A stretch of DNA of 64,000 nt from an uncultured Desulfatitalea sp. (GTDB taxonomy: Bacteria; Desulfobacterota; Desulfobacteria; Desulfobacterales; Desulfosarcinaceae). The stretch lies in assembly GCA_963668675.2 (NCBI GenBank), contig CAXXMB010000002.1, positions 1,408,001 through 1,472,000 of the forward strand. The letters are read 5' to 3'. Shown one piece after another: positions 1 through 11,015 of this stretch. Position numbers and translations under genes: made by a program. Below the pieces are notes generated by a model. That model was not told the origin of the DNA, did no database searches, and was given only the letters and a program-made list of their open reading frames with translations. The first letter of the stretch is position 1; each line of letters opens with the position of its first letter.

Positions 1-1
1 C

Positions 2-1276
2 ATCGAACGGGGAACGCCCAGGGGACTGGAATATGACCTGCTCAAGCACTACGAAAACTTCCTCAATCGAAAGAGGAAGAGAAACGAACTCAAGATCAAA
101 ATCGTCTTCTCGGTGCTTCCCTTCGAACAACTCCTGCCGGCGTTGGCAGCGGGCCGCGGAGACATTGTTGCTGCCGGACTGACCATCACGCCAGAAAGAA
201 GAAGGGGGGCCGCCTTCACGCGGCCCTACATCGACGATGTCGATGAAGTGGTGGTCACACATAAAGATTCAGATGACCTGTACGCCCTTGAAAACCTGTC
301 CGGACAAAAAATTCAGGTCATGGCGGGCAGCAGCTATGTGACCCATCTCAAAGCGGCCAACCTCAAGCTGCGCAATCAGTTAAGACGTCCCATCAGAGTG
401 GTCGAGGCCGATGCCAACCTTGAAGAAGAGGACCTGCTGCAGATGGTCAATGCCGGTATATACGATGTCACTGTGGTCGATTCGCATCTTGCCGACATCT
501 GGGCTAAAGTCCTGCCGAACATACAGGTGCATAGAAGCATCGTCATTAACAGCGGTGGGGAAATCGCCTGGGCCGTGCGAAAAGAGAGTCCCCAATTGCT
601 GGACAGCCTGAACCGCTTTCTGGAGAGCCATGGCCAGGGCACCTACACAGGAAACATGCTCATCAAACGCTACTATGAAAATACGAGTTGGATCCGCAAT
701 CCGCTTTCTACCGAAGACCAAACCCGGTTAAACAAACTGAAAAACCTGTTCCGAAAATACGCCCTGCGTTACGATTTTGACTGGTTGAAGATCGTTGCAC
801 TGGCGTACCAGGAATCCCGATTGAACCAGAAAGCCCGGAGCCCCAAGGGGGCGATAGGCATCATGCAACTCCTGCCGACCACGGCTGCCGGTTCAACTAT
901 CGGTATCCCCGATATCAGCGACGTTGAGAACAACATCCATGCCGGCATAAAATATCTTGCCTACCTGCGGGACACCTACTTCAACGATCCCGACATCACA
1001 CCCGACCATCGGGTCGACTTTGCCATCGCCGCCTACAACGCCGGTCCGGCACGCATCAGCCGCATGCGCAGGAAAGCCGAAACGCTGGGTCTCGACCCCA
1101 ACCAGTGGTTTTTCAACGTGGAACATGCAGCCAGAAGATTCATCGGGCGGGAGCCGGTCCGATATGTCAGCAATATCTATATCTACTACATCGCCTACCG
1201 GACCGCTTACAAAGTGGTCAACCAAAAAACGGGAACCGATCGTCTGGAGACGGGTGATCAGAAGGGTCTTCTGTAA
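2..1276 (+). CDS. MltF-like lytic transglycosylase (periplasmic-binding domain + SLT domain), 5' truncated by window edge
   Basis: Frame open from nt 2; GDIVAAGLTIT PBP motif, SLT motifs YQESRL, GIMQL, AAYNAG. Confidence 0.85.
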   Translation: MERGTPRGLEYDLLKHYENFLNRKRKRNELKIKIVFSVLPFEQLLPALAAGRGDIVAAGLTITPERRRGAAFTRPYIDDVDEVVVTHKDSDDLYALENLSGQKIQVMAGSSYVTHLKAANLKLRNQLRRPIRVVEADANLEEEDLLQMVNAGIYDVTVVDSHLADIWAKVLPNIQVHRSIVINSGGEIAWAVRKESPQLLDSLNRFLESHGQGTYTGNMLIKRYYENTSWIRNPLSTEDQTRLNKLKNLFRKYALRYDFDWLKIVALAYQESRLNQKARSPKGAIGIMQLLPTTAAGSTIGIPDISDVENNIHAGIKYLAYLRDTYFNDPDITPDHRVDFAIAAYNAGPARISRMRRKAETLGLDPNQWFFNVEHAARRFIGREPVRYVSNIYIYYIAYRTAYKVVNQKTGTDRLETGDQKGLL

Positions 1277-1561
1277 TCCGGCTCCTCATTGCCCGGACGC
1301 CAATACCCGCGAATAACTCGCCTCAAAAAAGCCGATGATCACCTTGCCGTCGATCATCCCCAGCGGCACCTCAGGCCGCGGATCGAGCAGCCGCCTGCGC
1401 TTTGCGGCCCAGCCATCCTTTTCAATGGCACCTCAACGCCTTTCGGTTTGGCAACATGCTTACACACACCCGATACCCAGTTCCATTTCAAATTTGGTGG
1501 ACAGCTGCGTCCGGTTGGACTATTACGATGCGGTTTTCTTAGATTTGAAAAGAATGGAGCT

Positions 1562-2554
1562 ATGATGACATCCATAATAATTGCGGGTACAGGGTCGTAT
1601 GTTCCTCCCAATGTCGTTACCAACGAAGCGCTTATCAAAGGGGGATTGGACACGACCGACGAGTGGATCGCCAAGCGCACAGGCATACGGGAAAGACGAA
1701 TTGCGGCGCCGGATATGACAACCTCTGATCTGGCGCACCAGGCTGCGTTGCGGGCACTGGAGATGGCCGGCATGACACCCCAACAGATCGATATGATCAT
1801 TATGGGGACGGTCACCCCTGACACCTGCTGCCCGTCGGCGGCCAATCACCTGCAGGCCAAACTGGATGCCCCCCAAGCGGTCGCCTTCGATCTCACCGCC
1901 GCCTGTTCGGGATTTATATTCGCAATGAATGTCGCCGAACAGTTCCTGAAAAATGGCGTCTATCGAACTGTTTTGATCGTCGGCGCGGAGATCATGTCGC
2001 GCACGTTGGATTGGAACGACCGCTCCTCGTGCGTGCTTTGGGGGGACGGCGCCGGTGCCGCCATCTTGACCTCCGGCGGCCAGGGAAGCGAAGTCCTGTC
2101 GTCCCACATATACAGCGACGGGGCCAACGGGCAGAACCTGCTACTGCCCGGGGGGGGATCCAGAACCACCCCCATCACCCCGGAGAGTGCCGCCGAGGGT
2201 CGCCACCGGCTCCAGTTGGTCGAGGCCAATCTGACGTTTCGCATCGCGGTGCGCCGTTTTATGGAAGGCATCGAGCAGGAGGCGCGAACCAATGGCATCG
2301 ACGTAGCAGCCATCGATTGGATCATCCCGCATCAGGCCAATGTCCGCATGTTTCAAAACATTTCGCAGGCCATGGACCTGCCCATGGAAAAATTCTACCT
2401 GACCCTGCCAAAGTACGGCAACATTTCAGCGGCATCGTGCGCCATTGCCCTGGATGAAGCCGTGCGTGACGGCAGTGTCCAACCGGGCCATCTGGTCTGT
2501 GTGCCCGTCTTCGGCGGCGGCCTCACATGGGGCAGTGCGATGATTCGGTGGTAA
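1562..2554 (+). CDS. fabH: Beta-ketoacyl-ACP synthase III
   Basis: GGAG RBS before ATG 1562; RTGIRERR, AACSGF (Cys), PHQAN (His), YGNIS (Asn), GGGLTWG. Confidence 0.92.
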   Translation: MMTSIIIAGTGSYVPPNVVTNEALIKGGLDTTDEWIAKRTGIRERRIAAPDMTTSDLAHQAALRALEMAGMTPQQIDMIIMGTVTPDTCCPSAANHLQAKLDAPQAVAFDLTAACSGFIFAMNVAEQFLKNGVYRTVLIVGAEIMSRTLDWNDRSSCVLWGDGAGAAILTSGGQGSEVLSSHIYSDGANGQNLLLPGGGSRTTPITPESAAEGRHRLQLVEANLTFRIAVRRFMEGIEQEARTNGIDVAAIDWIIPHQANVRMFQNISQAMDLPMEKFYLTLPKYGNISAASCAIALDEAVRDGSVQPGHLVCVPVFGGGLTWGSAMIRW

Positions 2555-2560
2555 TGAGAA

Positions 2561-2590
2561 AAAGCGCCGCAGATGAATCCGCGGCGCTTT
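2561..2590. terminator. Hairpin between convergent fabH and dapA
   Basis: AAAGCGCCGC-N10-GCGGCGCTTT perfect 10-bp stem. Confidence 0.7.
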
Positions 2591-2680
2591 GCCATATCTA
2601 CAACTCGACATCGAATCGACAGAACACCTTAACTTTTCTGCTTTCTCACTTTCATACTTTCGACACCCCCGAAGGGGGTA

Positions 2681-3721
2681 CTAATAATCTTCGTAATACA
2701 ACCCCACCTGGTATTCGGGATTATCCAGACGTTCGGCGATGTCGATATCGAAGCAGTCACCGATGGGTTTCAGGATTTCGGGATGATCGGTCCAGACACG
2801 ACGGGCGATGGCCAGCACCTCATCCAGACCGTTGCGGGTCATCTTTCCCAAGGGTTGACGGCATGGCCCCGAGGGCATGCCCAGCAATCGCATCAATGTT
2901 TTGATCGCCAATGGATTTCGGGCGCGGCAGACCGCTTCTCCGCAGGGCGTCACCTCGATGGTCTTCACCGTGACCAACCCGAAGAGCGGCGCCAACCCCT
3001 TCAGCAACACCTCTGCACCGGCACGGTCGCCGGCGATCAATTTCGCCACCATCTGGGTTGTCGCCCCGGGCGCAATATTGCTCACCACCGAAATGACACC
3101 GGCGGCAGCGATCTCCGGATCGGTGACCATATCGTAGGTCATGGCATCGTCTCCGGATAAAATCGTATAGTCCGTGCCGCAGCAAGCTCTCGTGCGCCGC
3201 ATGTTGTCCAGATCCGCCGTGGCCTCCTTTACGGTGCTCACGTTGGGATGGTCCTTGAACAGCATGGCCAGATCCTCGGGCAACAGCTGGGCGCCGGTCC
3301 TCCCGGGAATGACGTACGGGATCACCTCCATCGTAGGAAAGCGGGCCGCTATGGGCGCCACATACTCCCGGCGGATCTCTATCGAGCTGGGGCCGTTATA
3401 GTAGGGATCCACCAGAAGAACCGCATCGATCCCCTGATGGGCAGCATGCTCGGTGGCGGCCATGGCCTCCCGGGTATTGTTGCTGCCTGTTCCGGCGATG
3501 CACAGGCACCGGTCTTTGCAGGCCTGAGCCACACGCTCCACCACCAGATTGTGTTCATTCCAGGCCAGCGTCGGGCTCTCACCGGTAGTGCCCACGGCAA
3601 GGATGCCTGTAATACCGCCGTCAATCTGAAATTGCGCCAGGCGCTCCAACCCCTCCTGGTCCACATTCGCCCCATCTTCGGTGAACGGTGTCACCAGGGC
3701 AGTATAGCATCCGGGTTTCAT
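2681..3721 (-). CDS. dapA: 4-hydroxy-tetrahydrodipicolinate synthase
   Basis: TALVTPF, GTTGESPTL, PYYN, Y-x-IPGRTG, VKEA (Schiff-base Lys), LSGDD. Confidence 0.9.
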   Translation of the reverse strand: MKPGCYTALVTPFTEDGANVDQEGLERLAQFQIDGGITGILAVGTTGESPTLAWNEHNLVVERVAQACKDRCLCIAGTGSNNTREAMAATEHAAHQGIDAVLLVDPYYNGPSSIEIRREYVAPIAARFPTMEVIPYVIPGRTGAQLLPEDLAMLFKDHPNVSTVKEATADLDNMRRTRACCGTDYTILSGDDAMTYDMVTDPEIAAAGVISVVSNIAPGATTQMVAKLIAGDRAGAEVLLKGLAPLFGLVTVKTIEVTPCGEAVCRARNPLAIKTLMRLLGMPSGPCRQPLGKMTRNGLDEVLAIARRVWTDHPEILKPIGDCFDIDIAERLDNPEYQVGLYYEDY

Positions 3722-3955
3722 TTTTCCCCCTTATTGATTTAAAATCAAAGATCAGTATGGTACGGATGGGCCAAAAATCAGAACAGACACTTAGCCGGCA
3801 GGCGTCGACGTTCGGTCCATAATCTTCGGTCCTTGGTCAATGCCTGCATGCCTCCTTGCCGATTCATAGCCAGCGGCGCTGGAGTGAGGGGCAACCGACC
3901 CGAGCCGGCGGATGGTTGCGGATGTGTCGAAAGGGCCATTGAAAACATACATATA

Positions 3956-3984
3956 AAAGTAGATAAGCTCGCCAAATGTGTCAA
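3956..3984 (-). promoter_or_regulatory. sigma70-type promoter for dapA
   Basis: TTGACA-17 nt-TACTTT on minus strand, about 230 nt upstream of dapA. Confidence 0.6.
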
Positions 3985-4263
3985 GATCTTATTATGAAAT
4001 CCCTTGACAAGGATTAGGCGGGGACATAACCATTGTCGGCGCTGTTACACGCCCCAGGCGCCTCCTTTTTAGGGAGAACAGATGCAGGTTACGGCATAAC
4101 GAATTGAATCGAAAGCGATTACAACGATTACGGCAGGCGGCGGCCGGAAAATGTAAAACAGCGTCAGGTTCGCGTCGCGCCATCTACCTGCCATTGCGCG
4201 CGACATCACCCAATCGCACTAACAGGCACCCACTATGCCTGAAAGGAAAAGGGACAAACAACC

Positions 4264-4878
4264 ATGGTCCAGGCAAATAACGTTGATGAATATATCGCAA
4301 AACAGCGGCAGGCACTGGCCGCCAACCCGGAATGCGGTACAACCCATTACAATCTCGGCGTCGCCCTGCTCGGCAAACAACAGGACGATGAAGCCGAAAG
4401 AGCCTTCCTCGAAGCGATCGACTGCAGCCCCACATTGGCGGAAGCCTATGTACAAATGGGCGGTTTGTGCCTGAAGCGCGGCGACCTGGACGGCTGCCTG
4501 GATTGGAACCAACGGGCGGTCAAAGCCCGTCCGGGCTTTTCGGAAGGGTATGGCAATATCGGCTATGTTCACCTGCAAAAGGGTGAAGTGGAGGAGGCCA
4601 TCAAGTCGTTCAAGCGGGCCACTGCCTTTAACTTTCGTTTCGTACAGGGCTTTGCATCTATGGCAACGGCCTACCTCATGAAGGGCGAAGTGGACGAAGC
4701 CATTGAAGCGTGCCAGAACGCCCTGAAGGCTGAGCCCAACTTCCCCATCGCCCACAACAATTTGGCCATCGCTTATCTCGAAAAGGGTGACAAGGAGAAA
4801 GCCCGGACACATGCCCAGCGCGCAGTCGAGCTGGGTTATGAGGTTGCACCGGAAGTGCTCAACGAGCTCGATGCATAA
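4264..4878 (+). CDS. TPR-repeat protein
   Basis: About five TPR units (HYNLGVAL, AYVQMGG, GYGNIG, AHNNLAIAY). Confidence 0.88.
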   Translation: MVQANNVDEYIAKQRQALAANPECGTTHYNLGVALLGKQQDDEAERAFLEAIDCSPTLAEAYVQMGGLCLKRGDLDGCLDWNQRAVKARPGFSEGYGNIGYVHLQKGEVEEAIKSFKRATAFNFRFVQGFASMATAYLMKGEVDEAIEACQNALKAEPNFPIAHNNLAIAYLEKGDKEKARTHAQRAVELGYEVAPEVLNELDA

Positions 4879-4925
4879 CGTCCACATCCTTATGTCGACC
4901 TTGCTGTCGGTACCATCTGTTTGAC

Positions 4926-6140
4926 ATGGGGGAGATTACCATGACACCTTCCCCTTCAGGCAGCTTCGCGAAGGTCTCTGGCCGCTTCTCCTTCCATGTG
5001 GGCCAACCGTCCGTCCGCATTTTCCCCGACAGCCATCAATGGCACGACGCCCTGCCCCTGTGTCGGCACGATCTGGCGCTATCGTTGACCACCGTTTCAG
5101 GGCAAGTGAGTTATGGCGACTATTTCACTGCGGTCAGCGATTACCTTGTCCAGAACGGCACGGCGCTGCTTCGGGTGGCGGAGCAGGCTCTGAACCGCCG
5201 ACTCCCGCCGGAGAAATTGACCGGCATCCAAATACATCTGGTAAAACACGGCGCCTTTTATCACCCGGCCATGATTCTGCTCTCCGTGGATGGAGATCGG
5301 CTGCCGATGGTGATCAATGTGGCGGTAAGCGAAGCCGGCCGGGAGCGTCTGCCCGAAGAGGCGGCTTATCTCGACCACCTGCGTAACAGTTACCCCGATG
5401 TTTATATACCCGCTGTTTTTGGCACGGGGGTCGGTCACACCACCAGCGGTCAATCGCTGCCCATGTTTGCCGGCCAGTGGTTGGACCATTACTACGAAGT
5501 CCACCAGTCGGCTGCCGAAGCGACGGGGATGAAACAGTGCTGGTCCGTATGGGATACGGACCAAGGGGCCTGGCGATTAACCGACCGCCAGACCGCTCAA
5601 CTGTTCCACCAGACAGCCTTTATCCTGACCTACTATTTCGACCCGCACACCCTGTGCGCCATCCGCCAATGGCACAACGCCGCCGGTGATTTCGTCGTGC
5701 GCAGAAAAGGAGACGATATCGAGGTGCGCCTGATTGCCGTGCGCAGTTATACCCCGCTGATTCGACTCGACGATGATGAGACGATCGATCTGGAGACACT
5801 GTTGGAAACCCTTACCCTTTTCCTCATGCAAACCGCTATGTGGCTGCGAATCGATCGTCTGGACGGCGTGGACGAACTGGTTTGGGCCGATGAACGGGTC
5901 CTGACGCCCATCTGGAACGGATTTGTCGAGGGGTTGAAAAAGATGGCGGCGATGAACGCCTTTCCGGCTGAATTTGTAAGCGGCACCGCAGCCTACCTGG
6001 CCAACCACAGCGCCCGGGATCTTCTGGAAATCGGCCTCCAGATTACGTCGCGTTACCCGGCCGACCTGCCCGAAGCAGCCCTCATGCGAGACCGACTGCC
6101 TGCCCACGCCGAGCAATTGGCAGCGGTCATTGAACTTTGA
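4926..6140 (+). CDS. Hypothetical protein, possibly protein-kinase-like fold
   Basis: 404-aa ORF with genome-typical codon usage; KHGAFYHP and WHNAAGDFVV motifs; fold is a guess. Confidence 0.65.
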   Translation: MGEITMTPSPSGSFAKVSGRFSFHVGQPSVRIFPDSHQWHDALPLCRHDLALSLTTVSGQVSYGDYFTAVSDYLVQNGTALLRVAEQALNRRLPPEKLTGIQIHLVKHGAFYHPAMILLSVDGDRLPMVINVAVSEAGRERLPEEAAYLDHLRNSYPDVYIPAVFGTGVGHTTSGQSLPMFAGQWLDHYYEVHQSAAEATGMKQCWSVWDTDQGAWRLTDRQTAQLFHQTAFILTYYFDPHTLCAIRQWHNAAGDFVVRRKGDDIEVRLIAVRSYTPLIRLDDDETIDLETLLETLTLFLMQTAMWLRIDRLDGVDELVWADERVLTPIWNGFVEGLKKMAAMNAFPAEFVSGTAAYLANHSARDLLEIGLQITSRYPADLPEAALMRDRLPAHAEQLAAVIEL

Positions 6141-6411
6141 ATATTGCGATCTGTTGGAAGATCCAGATGGCCGAGTGACCTATGCCGATCACGTGCCTGT
6201 TTGCGGATTCGCCATTTCCCAGGGGTGGGCCCCATACCATACAATATATCCAGTTGGAACTCGTTATGAATAGGCGACCGGAGAAGCATCTTTAAAGCGC
6301 CGGAACAATGATTCAACCGCTCTGGGCAATTGTGGCTGCTAGACGTTCCGGCACCTCCATTGGATCACGGTTTGAAAGGGCGCATTCCACCCTCCGTATA
6401 GGGCTTTTTTA

Positions 6412-6440
6412 TTGACAAACCAGGCAAATCTCTCTATACC
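6412..6440 (+). promoter_or_regulatory. Putative sigma70 promoter of dsr operon
   Basis: TTGACA-17 nt-TATACC preceded by T-tract. Confidence 0.5.
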
Positions 6441-6624
6441 AACTTCCTTTGATCCGTAATTTTTACACCCGTACTTTCCGGCTTGAAAGCTTGCTTAATC
6501 AACAAACCATACATAAGACAGCGATAAATAAAGCATACCGAGAGGAGGTGAACGTTTTTCGAATTTAGCCTATTGCGTTGTTAAGTCATAAGATACGTTT
6601 ATTAACCAATATGGAGGTAAAACG

Positions 6625-7941
6625 ATGGCAAAACACGAAACCCCGATGTTGGACCAGCTTGAAACCGGACCGTGGCCAAGCTTTGTGTCCGATTTGAAGC
6701 AGCAAGCCGCAAAACGGGCAAAAAATGCTGAAGGCATTGAGTTCCAGATCCCCCAGGACGTGGTGGAGGATCTTCTGGGAGTACTCGAGCTCTCCTACAA
6801 GCATGGCCGGACCCACTGGAAGCATGGCGGCATCGTAGGTGTTTTCGGATACGGCGGCGGCGTGATCGGTCGTTACTGCGACCAACCCCAGGATTTCCCG
6901 GGCGTCGCGCATTTTCACACCATGCGCATCAACCAACCGGGCGGCAAATTCTACTCGACCAAATACCTGCGTGAGTTGTGTGATCTATGGGACTTCCGCG
7001 GTTCCGGCATCACCAACATGCATGGCTCTACAGGCGACATCATCTTTTTGGGAACCACCACCCCCCAACTGGAAGAGATCTTTTACGAATTGACCCACAA
7101 GATGGATCAGGACCTTGGCGGTTCAGGCTCCAACCTGAGAACCCCGGCCGACTGTATCGGACAGGCCCGCTGCGAATATGCCTGTTACGACACCCAGGCC
7201 CTATGCTACGACCTGACCGAGGAGTACCAGGACGAGCTGCATCGCCCGGCCTTCCCGTACAAATTCAAATTCAAGTTTGATGGCTGCCCCAACTGCTGCG
7301 TTGCCTCCATTGCAAGGTCCGACCTTTCGTTCATCGGCACCTGGAAAGACGACATCAAGATCGATCAGGAAGCCGTGCAAGCTTACATCGGTGGCGAGCT
7401 GCCACCCAACGCAGGCGCCCACTCCGGCCGCGACTGGGGCAAATTCGACATCCAGAAAGAGGTCATCGACCTGTGTCCCACCGAATGCATGTGGATGGAC
7501 GGCAAGACCCTGAAGATCGACAACCGCGAGTGCACCCGCTGCATGCACTGCATCAACGTCATGCCGCGCGCCCTGCACATCGGTGATGAACGTGGTGTCT
7601 CCATCCTGGCCGGCGCCAAAGCCCCGATCCTCGACGGCGCCCAGATGGGTACCCTGATCGTTCCTTTTATCGAAGTGGAGCCCCCCTACACCAAAATCAA
7701 GGAAGAGGTCATCGAACCGATCTGGGATTGGTGGATGGAAGAGGGCAAAAACCGTGAACGTTTGGGCGAATTGATGAAACGCCAGGGCCTGCAGAGACTG
7801 ATCGAGGTGCTGGGCGTTGATCCTGATCCGCGCATGGTGCAAGAACCGCGCTCCAACCCCTACATCTTCTGGAAAGAAGACGAGGTAGAAGGCGGCTGGG
7901 ATCGCGACATCAACGAGTTTAGAAAATATCATCAGAGATAG
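6625..7941 (+). CDS. dsrA: Dissimilatory sulfite reductase alpha subunit
   Basis: [41 protein letters not shown], siroheme-FeS motif CIGQARC..GCPNCC. Confidence 0.99.
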   Translation: MAKHETPMLDQLETGPWPSFVSDLKQQAAKRAKNAEGIEFQIPQDVVEDLLGVLELSYKHGRTHWKHGGIVGVFGYGGGVIGRYCDQPQDFPGVAHFHTMRINQPGGKFYSTKYLRELCDLWDFRGSGITNMHGSTGDIIFLGTTTPQLEEIFYELTHKMDQDLGGSGSNLRTPADCIGQARCEYACYDTQALCYDLTEEYQDELHRPAFPYKFKFKFDGCPNCCVASIARSDLSFIGTWKDDIKIDQEAVQAYIGGELPPNAGAHSGRDWGKFDIQKEVIDLCPTECMWMDGKTLKIDNRECTRCMHCINVMPRALHIGDERGVSILAGAKAPILDGAQMGTLIVPFIEVEPPYTKIKEEVIEPIWDWWMEEGKNRERLGELMKRQGLQRLIEVLGVDPDPRMVQEPRSNPYIFWKEDEVEGGWDRDINEFRKYHQR

Positions 7942-7953
7942 GAGGGCGACACC

Positions 7954-9099
7954 ATGGCATTTATTTCTTCAGGATACAATCCGGCAAAACCGATGGAAGA
8001 CCGGATCACCGATATCGGCCCGCGCAAATTCGATGAATTCTATCCGCCGGTCATCGCCAAGAACAAGGGCAAATGGCTCTATCATGAATACCTGCAACCG
8101 GGTGTGCTGGTTCATGTGGCCGAATCCGGCGACGAGGTCTACACCGTTCGCTGTGGCGGTGCCCGCCTGATGAGCACCTCCCACATTCGCGAAATCTGCG
8201 AAATCGCCGATAAGTACTGCGAAGGTCATGTCCGTTGGACGACCCGCAACAACATCGAGTTCATGGTTGACGACAAATCCAAAGTGCAACCGTTGCTCGA
8301 CGATCTGGCCGGCCGCAAGTTCGACGGCGGCTCGTTTAAATTCCCCGTGGGCGGCACCGGCGCCAGCGTCTCCAACATCGTCCACACCCAGGGCTGGATT
8401 CACTGCCACACCCCGGCCACCGATGCGTCCGGTCCGGTCAAGTCGGTCATGGACGAAATGTTCGCCGATTTCCAAAACCACCGCATGCCGGCCCACGTTC
8501 GCGTCTCCCTGGCCTGCTGTCTGAACATGTGCGGCGCCGTGCACTGCTCGGATATCGCCATCCTGGGCTATCATCGCAAACCGCCCATGCTGGACCACGA
8601 GTACCTGGACAAGATGTGTGAGATCCCGTTGGCCATCGCCGCCTGCCCCACCGCCGCCATCAAACCGTCCAAGGTGGAAGTGGGTGGTCAGAAACTCAAC
8701 TCGGTGGCCGTGAACAACGAACGCTGCATGTTCTGCGGCAACTGCTACACCATGTGCCCCTCCATGCCTCTGGCAGACACCGAGGGTGACGGCATCGTCA
8801 TCATGGCCGGCGGAAAAGTGTCGAACCGCATCAGTGCGCCCAAGTTCTCCAAAGTCGTTGTGGCCTTCATCCCCAACGAAGCACCGCGTTGGCCCAAAAC
8901 CGCCGCAACCATCAGGAACATGATCGAAACATACGCCTCCGATGCCCGCAAGTACGAGCGACTGGGCGACTGGGCCGAAAGAATTGGTTGGGAGCGCTTC
9001 TTCGAGAAATGCAAACTCGATTTCTCCCATCATCTGATCGATGACTTCCGCGATCCGGCCTACTACACTTGGCGTCAGACGTCACAGTTCAAGTTCTAA
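7954..9099 (+). CDS. dsrB: Dissimilatory sulfite reductase beta subunit
   Basis: [36 protein letters not shown]. Confidence 0.99.
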   Translation: MAFISSGYNPAKPMEDRITDIGPRKFDEFYPPVIAKNKGKWLYHEYLQPGVLVHVAESGDEVYTVRCGGARLMSTSHIREICEIADKYCEGHVRWTTRNNIEFMVDDKSKVQPLLDDLAGRKFDGGSFKFPVGGTGASVSNIVHTQGWIHCHTPATDASGPVKSVMDEMFADFQNHRMPAHVRVSLACCLNMCGAVHCSDIAILGYHRKPPMLDHEYLDKMCEIPLAIAACPTAAIKPSKVEVGGQKLNSVAVNNERCMFCGNCYTMCPSMPLADTEGDGIVIMAGGKVSNRISAPKFSKVVVAFIPNEAPRWPKTAATIRNMIETYASDARKYERLGDWAERIGWERFFEKCKLDFSHHLIDDFRDPAYYTWRQTSQFKF

Positions 9100-9134
9100 A
9101 CGATGCTCCGGTGTTTGGACACATCGAATAATAT

Positions 9135-9161
9135 CCGCAGGGGGCACTCAGCCCCCTGCGG
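9135..9161 (+). other. Intergenic stem-loop between dsrB and dsrD
   Basis: CCGCAGGGGGC-ACTCA-GCCCCCTGCGG, perfect 11-bp stem, no U-tract. Confidence 0.6.
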
Positions 9162-9192
9162 CCCTTAGACCCTCAGAGGATGAAAGGGGAAA

Positions 9193-9438
9193 ATGTCAAT
9201 GGAATACGAAGAGGCAAAGAAAAGAATCGTAGAGGGCCTGACCAAGAAGCTCAAGACCAAGTCGAAGTTCTACTTCAACGACCTTTCCAAGATTCTTGAG
9301 ATGAAGCCCCGCGAGGCCAAAAAGATCGTCAACAAGCTTGTTGAGGACGGCACTCTGGAGTACTGGTCCAGCGGCAGCACCTCCATGTACGGCATGCCGG
9401 GCACTGGCAAGCAAGCCCACAGCGAAGGCGAAGATTAG
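9193..9438 (+). CDS. dsrD: DsrD
   Basis: KSKFYFND and YWSSGSTSMYG motifs; position after dsrB. Confidence 0.97.
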   Translation: MSMEYEEAKKRIVEGLTKKLKTKSKFYFNDLSKILEMKPREAKKIVNKLVEDGTLEYWSSGSTSMYGMPGTGKQAHSEGED

Positions 9439-9456
9439 GCCTTCGGCATCGCAACG

Positions 9457-10914
9457 TTGAAACCGGCTCCACAAAAGGCGCCTGAACCCGGCTGCCCTGG
9501 TCTTGTTATCGCCGCTTTGCGCGGTGGCGCGGGCAAAACAATCTTATCAGTCGGAATTATTGCGGCCCTCCGGAACCGGGGGATTATCGTTGCGCCTTTT
9601 AAAAAAGGTCCCGATTATATCGATGCCGGCTGGTTGGCCCTGGCTGCCGGCCGGCCTTGTTATAATCTCGACACCTTCCTTATCGATACCCCTATCATCT
9701 TAAACTCCTATGAACGCTACACTTACGGAACCGATGCCGCTGTCATCGAAGGCAACCGGGGGCTGTATGACTGTATCAACACGGACGGCCTGACCTCCAC
9801 CGCCGAATTGGCCAAGCTGCTCGACCTGCCGGTGATCCTCTGCCTCGATGCCACCAAGACCACCCGCACCATGGCTGCCGTGGTGGCCGGGTGCGCCCAG
9901 TTCGACCCGGGCGTCAAAATCAAAGGGGTCGTTTTAAATCACGTGGCGGGTGTGCGTCATGAAAATATCTTGCGCACCAGCATCGAACAGCACTGCGGCA
10001 TTCCGGTGGTGGGCGCCGTACCAAAGCTGCGCAAACAGAGCTTTCCCGAGCGCCACATGGGGTTGGTGCCCACCTACGAGCACCAATGGGCCCAGGACGC
10101 CGTCGGCACCATCGCCGAATTGGCCGAAACGTATATCGACCTGACCGCTGTCTGCCACATCGCCAGTGTGCGCCTGCGGACACGAACCGATCCGATCGAG
10201 ATTCACACCGGGCAGTACGCATCAAGCATCGCTTCTCAAGCATCCGAACAGCCGAAAGCACCGCCACCACGCATCGGCATCATCCGGGACTCGGCCTTCC
10301 AGTTTTACTACCCGGAAAACCTCGACGCCCTGGTCCAGGCCGGCGCGGAACTCGTCGTCACCAGCCCCCTGTTCGAAGACAACCTGCCGGCTGTCGACGC
10401 ACTCTATATCGGCGGCGGCTTCCCCGAAACCCACGCCCAACGGCTGGCCAAGAATGTGACCTACCGTGAACAGATCAAGCAGTTGGCCGATCAGGGCATG
10501 CCCATCTATGCCGAGTGCGGCGGGCTGATGTATATGGGGCAGGAACTGGTGCTTGACGAACAGCACTATCCCATGACCGGAGTTCTGCCCATTTCGTTCG
10601 GGTTCTCCAAACGCCCCCAGGGCCATGGCTACACCATCGCTCGCGTCGCCCAGCCCAACCCCTTCTTCGAAACCGGTCAGACGATCAAAGGCCATGAATT
10701 TCATTATTCGACCGTCCGGCTTTTAGAAGAAAACCCAGACGCCATGGCCTTTGAAATGGAACGCGGCAACGGCCTTCAAAACGGCCTGGACGGCCTGTGC
10801 CGCAACAACGTACTGGCCACCTACACCCATATCCACGCCCTGGGTACTCCCCAATGGGCTCCGGCCCTCGTCGCCAAAGCCCGCCATTTTCGCCAGAAGA
10901 GATCGAACCGATGA
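9457..10914 (+). CDS. dsrN: Siroheme amidase DsrN (cobyrinate a,c-diamide synthase family)
   Basis: GGAGKT, KGPDYID, EGNRGLYD, AECGGLMY, GHEFHYS; position after dsrD; TTG start uncertain. Confidence 0.9.
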   Translation: MKPAPQKAPEPGCPGLVIAALRGGAGKTILSVGIIAALRNRGIIVAPFKKGPDYIDAGWLALAAGRPCYNLDTFLIDTPIILNSYERYTYGTDAAVIEGNRGLYDCINTDGLTSTAELAKLLDLPVILCLDATKTTRTMAAVVAGCAQFDPGVKIKGVVLNHVAGVRHENILRTSIEQHCGIPVVGAVPKLRKQSFPERHMGLVPTYEHQWAQDAVGTIAELAETYIDLTAVCHIASVRLRTRTDPIEIHTGQYASSIASQASEQPKAPPPRIGIIRDSAFQFYYPENLDALVQAGAELVVTSPLFEDNLPAVDALYIGGGFPETHAQRLAKNVTYREQIKQLADQGMPIYAECGGLMYMGQELVLDEQHYPMTGVLPISFGFSKRPQGHGYTIARVAQPNPFFETGQTIKGHEFHYSTVRLLEENPDAMAFEMERGNGLQNGLDGLCRNNVLATYTHIHALGTPQWAPALVAKARHFRQKRSNR

Positions 10915-11015
10915 AGCTTCAACGTGTTCGACCTTTAGGACCTTATCGCGTCGCCGTTGAATAGCACAATATAGCGTACCCTCAAAAGGTCTATTATTAA
11001 ACCGGCAATTAAATA

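Noticed and set aside
3722..3950. Lysine riboswitch upstream of dapA
   Set aside because: The leader is long, but the AGAGG.GC, AGUA loop-E and GCCGAA core motifs were not found
6453..6470. Rex-like site CCGTAATTTTTACAC after the dsr promoter
   Set aside because: Core is one base shorter than GTGAA-N4-TTCAC and has mismatches
7969..9033. Long antisense ORFs (also 7201-7932, 17433-18350, 20423-21388, 53768-54643, 59713-60495)
   Set aside because: Shadows of well-supported genes in GC-rich DNA; no recognisable motifs
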